From assembly GCF_001194135.2 (NCBI RefSeq), contig NC_068994.1, forward strand, positions 55,061,724-55,125,723: a stretch of DNA of 64,000 bases, given 5' to 3'. Made by a program: the position numbers and the translations under genes. This document shows, in pieces, positions 31,462-64,000 of this stretch (the first letter of the stretch is position 1; each line of letters opens with the position of its first letter). Origin of the DNA: Octopus bimaculoides. Its lineage: Eukaryota. The notes beneath the pieces are model-generated. The model did not search any database. It was not told where the DNA came from and worked only from the letters and a program-made list of their open reading frames with translations.

Positions 31462-32708
31462 ATTTTATTGTATAATTTTGTCTCTAGCAACCAAACCAGT
31501 AAATAGTTTTTTGAGGGTTTTTTTTTTCTTTTTTTGGCAAACCAGTTAAAATTTGTATTTTATTATTATTTTTTTTTTAACCTATGCTTCACCTGAACCA
31601 CAGAGAGAGAGATAGAAAGATAGAGAGAAAGATGGCTAGAATTATTATTTCAATTTTTTTTTGTCTTTAATATTTACAAGAAACTGCTAAGCTGGCTGGT
31701 TCCTGTAAGCTCCCAGAGTACAAGATTTATTTCAGCATAGACGAAATATGCTTAAGTGAGACAGTATTAAAAGCGGAAGGTAATAATACTGTTAGTGATA
31801 AAAGTAGTAGCAGTAGCAGCAGCAGCAGCAGAGGTAGGAATTCAAAGAATTGAAAGATAAGAGAAAGAACCATAGAAAATTAAAAACAAAAAGGTGAGTA
31901 ATAGTAGTAGTAGTAGTAGTAGTAGTAGTAGCAGTAGTAATATTAATAATGGCTTTAAATTTTGGCACAAGGCCGGCAATTTTAGGAGGTGGAGGTGGGG
32001 AGGGGATTAGTTGATGGCAACAACCGCAGCACTTGACTAGACTGGTGCTTTGATTTTATCAACCCTGATGAAAGGCAACGTTGGCCATTGCTGTATTTGT
32101 ACTCGAGTAATATTTTAATAATGATTAGAATAATTAGTTGTGATAACAATTAGAAAAATGTAGAAACAACAGTATTCATTATGTGTCTTGAAAAGGTTAT
32201 ACTGATTAAACAATTATTATTATTATTATTATTATTAGAGTGAGAGAACAGCGCATACCATCTAAGTGACACTGGGATATCACACATGAAGTTTAACATA
32301 TCCATCATAACTACCTGTCTGTTAAGAGTACACCAGGCACATGCATCACAACCATATGTGCACAACATAGCGATCTCATATCAAGATAAACAGTGCCTGA
32401 CCTTGTAGGTGGGGCCCAGTTGCAATTTTCTCCAGGTCAAGTAGCCCATCCTGTTCGAGAGATGTTTAAGGATGATGTACGAAACACCCATGTTTCCAGA
32501 GGTAAATTATTATTATTATTAACGACACTGTTACACCCCGAAAGGACTTGGTTGTCGGGTTTATTTTCGTGCAATATTCCTTGGTAAAGAATTGGATTTT
32601 AATTTGTCTCCAGGTCTTTCTGGGTACTAAAAACCATTTATTTCCCTTCTTATTTGTTTGACAGAATACGGAGAAAAACGAAAATTTACAGATATTACTG
32701 AAAAATGA
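31462..32708 (+). CDS. Candidate small spliced gene of unknown function (3 putative exons; start not found)
   Basis: Putative exons 31462-31498, 31681-31779 and 32665-32708 have compatible phases (1,1) and give ILLYNFVSSNQTKTAKLAGSCKLPEYKIYFSIDEICLSETVLKAEEYGEKRKFTDITEK followed by a stop. One acceptor is a weaker AAG, and no homology was recognised. Confidence 0.33.
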
Positions 32709-33424
32709 GAGGTAACAATACCAGTAGCAATGTTTACCGGTGTTCTTTGAACTTCTAAAACTTAAAACCGATCGGATAAGCAGTAAATAATAATAATAAT
32801 AAAGTGGAGTGATAGTAGTAGTGGTGGTGGAAGAGGGTCAGCAAATTTGGATTCCCTGCCTAACCCTGACTGTGCGGTCAGCACAAATTGAAGAGGACAA
32901 ATTATGACACATCATCGCATTGTACAGTGTGTTTGTGTGTGTGTGTGTGGGGGGGGGTGACAGAGTTCTTAGGNNNNNNNNNNNNNNNNNNNNNNNNNNN
33001 NNNNNNNNNNNNNNNNNNNNNNNNNNNNNNNNNNNNNNNNNNNNNNNNNNNNNNNNNNNNNNNNNNNNNNNNNNNNNNNNNNNNNNNNNNNNNNNNNNNN
33101 NNNNNNNNNNNNNNNNNNNNNNNNNNNNNNNNNNNNNNNNNNNNNNNNNNNNNNNNNNNNNNNNNNNNNNNNNNNNNNNNNNNNNNNNNNNNNNNNNNNN
33201 NNNNNNNNNNNNNNNNNNNNNNNNNNNNNNNNNNNNNNNNNNNNNNNNNNNNNNNNNNNNNNNNNNNNNNNNNNNNNNNATATATATACATATGTACATA
33301 TATATGTGCATATATATATACGTGTATATATATATATATGTGCATATATATACGTGTATATATATATATATGTGCATATATATACGTGTATATATACATA
33401 TGCATATATATACGTGTGTATATA

Positions 33425-33457
<33 letters not shown>

Positions 33458-35893
33458 ATACTTTTATTTGTTTCAGTCGTTTGACTGTGGCAATTGCCAC
33501 CTGACTGGTTCCCATGCTAGTGGCATCCAGCTGTAGAAACACTGTCGGATCAGATTGGAGCCTGGTGCAGCCTCCTGGCTTGCCCGTCTCCAGTCAAACC
33601 GTCCAACCCATGCCAGCATGGAAAATGGATGTTAAACAATGATGACACAAATATGTATATACATACACATATACAAATATATATATATAGACACGCACAC
33701 ATGTATATACCTTTACAAATACATACCCAAGATGCACGTTTAGCTGAATAGTTAAGTTTACAATCAAGAAGTCCTCAGGGGTCAATCACACATGATAAAT
33801 TTTATCATGGCTTCGGGTCCAAATCTTTTGAGAGAAATTTTTCCAATTCAAAGGGTCAACCATGTTACACACAGTGTCAATGACTTGGCTCGAGAATGCC
33901 TGTGGAGTACTCAGCCACTTACATGGCTACTCTATGGATCAAATAATTAGAGCACTCATTGTTAAAGCTGACAGATCCAATTTTTTTTATACACACACAT
34001 GCACAGTGAGGGTGCATGGCTCAGTGATTAGAGTGTCGGGCTCACAATCATGAGGTAGTGAGTTCAATTCCCAGACCAGGCTGTGTTCTTGAGCAAGACA
34101 CTTTATTTGACGTTGCTCCAGTTCATTCAGCTGAAGAAACGAGTTGCAACATCACTGGTACCAAGCTGCATTGGCCCCTTTGCCTTTCCCTTGAGATAAC
34201 ACTGGAGGTGGGAGGCCGGTACGCAAAGGTGACTGCTGGTCTTCCATAAACAACCTTGCCCGGACTTGTGCCTCGGAAGGTAACTTTCTAGGTGCAATCC
34301 CAGGGTCATTCATGACCGAAGGGGATCTCTAACCCTTTTATATATCTACACCTTTTCAACTTATACAACAAGCACTCTTTTTTAAAATGAACTTTATACT
34401 TACTGAAATTACTTTCTGAAAAATTAATACAAAGTGCGGCAATGATGTCTTCATACAGCAAATGTTTTACCGTTTATTGTTTTAGCTACCATCATGGTTG
34501 GGACTGGTGTACACTGTGTGTTTGTTGTGGAAACGTTCTATGAAGAATAGTGAATCTGGGAGGATTTTTTTATTTTTTTGCCACACCCTGAACTATCCAC
34601 AGAGAAAAGAAATAAACGACCCCCCACCTCCCCTTTAATCACACACCCAGCAGAAAGACACAGTTAACAGAACTGTTCCATGGTGATGTGATTAAGCAGG
34701 GGCTCTTCTAATAACAGAACGGTTAGAATTAAGTACAAGACGGCATAGTAAGCCTAGTTAACTTGACTGAAGATGCTAATCAGACATTCAACATTAGCTG
34801 AGAAAAGAAAGGAGAAAGACAGATTTGAACTGAGAATCTATGAGGTAGTGGACTGGAAGAGACTGAAAATTCAGTCCTGGTTGCTAATCTTTGTCTTCAT
34901 CTGAGTTGCCTCCAAATCTTGAGTGAACCGTTTAAAATCATTTGGGACAGTTTACATAGGTTGGAACTAATGGATTAACAGAATTTTCTTTAACCCTATT
35001 ATTACCATATTTCTCTTGCAATTCACTATCATTGTCGCAGTTGGTTTTGAAAATGATGAAGAATTTATTGAAATAACTTAGTTATTATTAAGCTGGTGTT
35101 TGAAACCTGAATTAACATGAAATTTTGACGGAAGGTTTTAATTTAGATCACTAGAAAACGAGTTTGGTTTTTAGAACCTAGAGCTGCCTTAGTCAGGTGA
35201 GTATGAAAGGATTAATTTTCTATTACCTCGATAACAGCTCCAGAATAATTCTGCTATCAAACATAGCAGGAGACATGTTCCTATGTCAGTCGGTCTCCTT
35301 TCAGACAGTATCATATGAGCTGCTATGACTAATCTATCAAATATCTTGCATCATGCATGGCAATTTCTCCTCACCTTGCCCACCACTCCAAAATATGCAA
35401 ACTAAGGCAACATAGTGAAAAGCATGTGGCTTGGAGGTTCGGGCATTTCCCTCATGACTGTAAGGTCATGAGTTCGATATCCAGCAGCAACATTGTGTCC
35501 TTGAGCAAGACACTTCATTTCACGTTGTTCCAGTCCACTCAGCTGGCAAAAATTAGTAGTACTTGTATTTCAAAGGGGCCAACCAGGTCACATTCTGTGT
35601 CATGTTGAATCTTGTTGAGAACTATGTTAAAGGTACACATTTCTATAGAATGCTCACCTGCTTGCACATTAATTTCAAGAGCAGGCTGTTCTGGTGACCA
35701 GAACAACTGGAATCCTCATTGTTGTAATCGATGGAATGCCAATAACATAGAAATAAAGTATTTTGTCCAAAGGCACCAAAAAAACTACCAGCAGATATAT
35801 GAACCTACAAACACTGAACGGAACAGCACAGTACTTACCCAATCAGCCTAATTGCATCAATTATTAAAATTTATAACACACACACAGAGTTCA

Positions 35894-35899
35894 TTTATT
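35894..35899 (-). terminator. Candidate polyadenylation signal for Arkadia (about 2.8-kb 3'UTR)
   Basis: AATAAA on the minus strand at the end of a largely repeat-poor, AT-rich stretch downstream of the stop at 38713. Other AATAAA sites exist, so this is not unique. Confidence 0.3.
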
Positions 35900-37803
35900 C
35901 AATGCTGAACTTTCACAGTCACAATCCATTTTTTGTATGGCACAACAAACTTCAGGTAGAAGCCAATGTTTGAATAAACTCTACATGTATTAAACATTTG
36001 TTTTCACACACACGTCTTACATATGAATAAACATAAGACAACACACTTAACGTAAGTCCATACTGAGCATTTTTATGTTTTTGTGTCACAAAATAAACAA
36101 AAACCATTCGCAGTAAATTGATGTCAAGGAATTGTTTTCACATAATTAGAGAAAAAAAAAAAAAAATTAAAATCTTACCCTGAAGCAATTATGGAATAAA
36201 TATATTGAGTAAATACTGAAGGAAGGAAGGAAGGAATATGGAGATAAAAAGATAAGAAAATATATGCTTAAAGCTACTGAAAAGACAGTGTAGGAGAATG
36301 GTGGTGGTGGTGGTGGTAATTTGAGGTTGAGATGTGGTTCATGAGAGGGAGGAGGTGGAGAGTACCTGAAACCAAAGTTGTTTGAATGAAGGTGGTGGTG
36401 ATAGCAAGAGTATTACTCAAAGTAGAGTGTTGGATAGAAGATCCACAAGAGACAGCATGAAGCCAGAACAGGAACAAATGGACATACAGGTCAAGAAGAA
36501 TAAGGGGAAAGGCAAGACAAAACAAAGAGAGAGAGAGACAATCAACAAAAGGGAAAAATAGGACAAAATAGAGGAGGGAGAGAAAGAGAGATGCAGCAAC
36601 AGACATGATGTAATGAACAAAAGCCAAGTAAATGGTGATGATGATGGTATAACTAGGAAAAATGAATGATGTTTATAGTCTCAAGCCAAGGCTGACTGAG
36701 TAGGCCTCAAATGGAGCAAAAGACAATCAAGCCATGACCATCCTCTCCTTTTCTTGGGCATTACATATTCCAGATGATCCTACCCAGTGCTTTCCTCCAT
36801 TTCCAAGATGGTAAAGTGTGATTTGAGAGAGAGATTTTGCTGCTACTTTGAGCAGGCATGGCCAAGCTGTTTTGATTTACTGTCCACACGAGACCAAGCC
36901 CATCACCAGGCTGGCCACACTGCTAAAAGCAGACCCAAGCTACTTTTTCATTAGGCAAGTCATTCAGAAAGTCCCACAGGTTTATACTGACTAGTATAAG
37001 GGTTCCCTCGACACATAGGGGGACGTACACACATTATTCTGTGTGGTTCAGAGACTGACATAGCTGGAAGAGAGAAAGAGGCAGAGAGAGAGATATTGTA
37101 GTCATTAGTTGTGGAGTGGAGCATATATTAAGACGGTAATAAGTGGGTAGATGGGTGGAAGGCAGATGTGTGGGACTGGAGTAAAGGAAGATTAGAGGAT
37201 GTGGAATATCTGTCACAGAAAAGAAAAGAAACGAGAGAGAGAGAGGAATCAGCACTGAGGAAGGATTAGGAGAAGAAAATGGCAACACTGAAAACTGAAA
37301 GGAAAAAAATAAATAACAAAAACAGAGATGATAGAGGGGAAATGATTATANNNNNNNNNNNNNNNNNNNNNNNNNNNNNNNNNNNNNNNNNNNNNNNNNN
37401 NNNNNNNNNNNNNNNNNNNNNNNNNNNNNNNNNNNNNNNNNNNNNNNNNNNNNNNNNNNNNNNNNNNNNNNNNNNNNNNNNNNNNNNNNNNNNNNNNNNN
37501 NNNNNNNNNNNNNNNNNNNNNNNNNNNNNNNNNNNNNNNNNNNNNNNNNNNNNNNNNNNNATTATATATAATATAATGTAACATATATATTGGTTTCAAA
37601 TTTTGACACAATGCCAGCAATTTCAGAGGAGTGGTACATATCTTATCGACCCCAAAACGATGAAAGGTAAAGCTGACCTAAGTGGAATTTGAACTCAGAA
37701 CATAAAGACTGACCAAATGCCGTGAATCATTTTGCCCAGCATACTAAAGGTTCTGCCAACTTAGAATACATATACATATATATATATATATATTACATAT
37801 GTA

Positions 37804-37836
<33 letters not shown>

Positions 37837-38712
37837 CTATATATTACATATGTATATATGTGTGTATATATATATATATACATATTACATATAATATGTA
37901 ATATATTCATTAATATGTAATGTATATATATAGATATATATAACATAAATATGAGAATATAATAAATAGATTAAGAAGAGACCAATCAATCAAAAATCAA
38001 TCAAAAGAGAATGGGAAATGTTAATACAGGAAACAAAAAAAAAAAATGCAAAATACAGATAATGTAACAGTAGTAGTAGTAGTACAACAGTGGGTGTAGC
38101 AAGCTTTTAATTTGATAATTTGTTTCTTTTTCTTTTTTTTTTTTTTTCCGGTTTTGTTTTGTAAACATTCGCTAATTAATAAATCTGTAACTTGTATTAA
38201 TTAATTCTACAGGATGCGGCAAAGCAACCCCCTAGATTCACCGTTCTTGACAAACGATTTGAACCAGAGGAGGTCTGTCTGCCGCATCCCGTAATGGGGT
38301 GTTGTTGGAGCCATAACAGCAGAAGCAAGATTAAAGTGTAACATTTTACTGATCTGTCTCTGTGTCCAGCCATTTTTTTTTTGTCTTTTTGGTTATCCTT
38401 GCAAGGCACCATCCTATACTGTTGTTACTGCCATCATCATCATCATCATAAACTGCTGTAGCATGGAAGAGACTGGGGCAAAGGGGGGAGGGTAAAAACT
38501 AAAGTACAGGTGCAATCAAAACCTCCAAGGGGCAGGGGGAGGTTAAATAGTTTGTTTTTTTACCTTTTGTTTTCTTTTTCCAGTTTTTATTTCAACTAAA
38601 TTTGTATTTTTTATTCTTTTTATTATATTGCCTGTGGTTATTATTATTATTGTCATTGTTATTATTATTATTATTATTATTAAAACAGATCAGAGAAATT
38701 TGAAAGCACAAC

Positions 38713-62020
<23,308 letters not shown>

Positions 62021-62464
62021 TTGTAATCTGAAGAAACAGAATAAAATAAAGATTCAGTTAAATTAATTTAAAAAATGATCAACATTAATTAGTGGCAAAC
62101 AGGAAAAGAAAGAAGAGAGAAAGAGACTAACTTTATAATCTTTGTACTTTAACTTAGTGTTGTTGTTTAACCCTGAGTCAGCCTTGACTGAGCACACTGA
62201 TCAAAGTGTTCCTGTCACCTGATCTTGTTTAATCCTTTAGCATTCAGATTACTCTCTCAAATAAGGCTGATTCATTCACATCGTTTTGAATTAATCATGC
62301 ATTATGTCACAGCTACAAGATTTCGATGATGCAATTGTTTATTTTTAGAATGACATTGTAGGGTAGGTGTAAGAGGTCAGATCTGGCCTGTTTTAAAGTG
62401 GTCTAAATCAAAACCTTCCATCAAAATCTCAACATCATTTTAATAACGACAAACTTACGAAGGG

Positions 62465-63070
62465 GTTTGTGTTTTGTCGACCTACCTACTTATTAGGGCT
62501 TTGGTTTTAGCTAGGTTGACTCTAAGGCCCTTCGATTCTAGTCCTTGCTTCCACACCTAAAACTCCTCTACTTCTGATAGTGACTCAGCAATTAGGGCAA
62601 GGTCATCAGCATAGAGGAGCTCCCAGGGGCATCCCGTCTTGAAATCCTGTGTTATTGCCTGGAGGACTACGATAGATAGGAGGGGGCTGAGGACAGAACC
62701 TTGGTGGACCCTTACCTCTACCCGGAATTCTTCACTGTACTCGTTGCTAACCCTCACCTTACTGACAGAGTCCCTGTACATAGCTTCCACAGCTCTCACT
62801 AACCATTCATCTATCCCTAGTTTCCTCATTGACCACCAGATAAGGGAGCGGGGGACCCTGTCAAAGGCTTTCTCCATGTCAACAAAAGCCAGGTACAGAG
62901 GTTTATCTTTGGCTAGGTATTTCTCCTGAAGCTGTCTTACCAGAAATATAGCATCAGTGGTGTTTTTCCCTGGAACGAACCCAAACTGCATCTCATCTAA
63001 GTTGACTCTCTCCCTAATTAGTTGGGCTATGACCCTCTCAGTGACCTTCATTACCTGGTCCAACAACTTA
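62465..63070 (-). mobile_element. RTE-clade LINE reverse transcriptase fragment
   Basis: ORF 62557-63066 contains QFGFVPGKNTTDAIF, FVDMEKAFDRV, HQGSVLSPLL and LLYADD. After the break it continues WKQGLESKGLRVNLAKTK. Truncated at both ends. Confidence 0.92.
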
Positions 63071-63271
63071 TTTGGTATCCGCTGAGAACTTCGCCTTGCA
63101 AATTATTTTATTTGCTAATTAAAGGTCAAAACCTGAGATCTGGTTGTAAAACATGGTAAATGCTTTTATTTTTCATTCCCTTCGAAATTGCTCTTAACTG
63201 TGGTTTGGACTTTTTGACTGTTCTTTCTAATATGTTAGGCAACCTGTTATGGCTCACCTCTTTGTATTTAA

Positions 63272-63318
<47 letters not shown>

Positions 63319-64000
63319 CACACATACATTAGTTTCCGGCTATCAAATCCACTTGTAAGGCTTTGACCAGCCCAGGGCTATAGTAGAAGATACTTACCTA
63401 AGGCGTCATGCAATGGAACTGAACCCAGAACAATGAGGTTGGAAAACAAATTTCTTACCACGCAGCCATACCTACGCCTGCCCAACTTTTTTTAAAATAC
63501 AAATAAGTCACAAAAGAACCAAAAAAATAAAAGATGTTTTAAGGGATTGGAAATAGGAAGTTGTGACGTTTTTGCTTTTCCACGAAAAATCTTCAACATG
63601 AGTAAATGGAAACCAAGTCTTAGACAGACCCAGATCATCAGAACAGCTAATTGAATAGAACTGGTGAAGGACTGATGTTTTCAAAGATTAAAAACAGTAG
63701 TTATGGAATAAGTAATTGTAGCAGCAGCGACAGCAGTTCTGCTACACTCTTCATTCCTAACATATTTCGTATAGGGGGTTCCTATAAGGTTGTTATCCAC
63801 CCCTGATTGGAACTCTCTCGTATGACATGTACGCATGCTCAGTGACTTGCTTTAACTTCCGCAGACTAACGACTCACATACTGTACTGACCGGTTAATAT
63901 GTCTCCAAAGAAATCACGCAAATACTGCTTTATATGCAGGCACTATAGAAGGAAGAATGTAGACGGCAAAGTTATTTCACTACATATATATCCTGCAAAC

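Overview
This is an AT-rich, intron-rich animal genomic window with 12 assembly gaps and dense microsatellites and SINEs. The repeat families and style suggest a cephalopod, most likely Octopus (inference). Hand splicing with GT-AG sites and matching phases gives four supported protein-coding loci. (1) A complete 7-coding-exon cathepsin L (+, 8526-15469, 338 aa, catalytic Q/C/H/N intact). (2, 3) Two tandem paralogous minus-strand exons (17643-18369 and 24668-25383). Each encodes one ZNF474-type C2HC zinc finger plus a shared, unrecognised ~63-aa C-terminal domain. (4) An Arkadia (RNF111/RNF165-family) RING-H2 E3 ligase (-, 62020 to 38713, at least 11 coding exons, parts hidden in gaps). The window also holds a Gypsy integrase remnant, an RTE-type LINE RT fragment, tRNA-derived SINEs, TTAA-flanked MITEs, two long inverted repeats and a possible small unannotated spliced gene on the + strand (31462-32708). 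No rRNA, true tRNA gene or CRISPR array is supported. The most novel-looking element is the zinc-finger paralog pair. Nothing could be database-checked.
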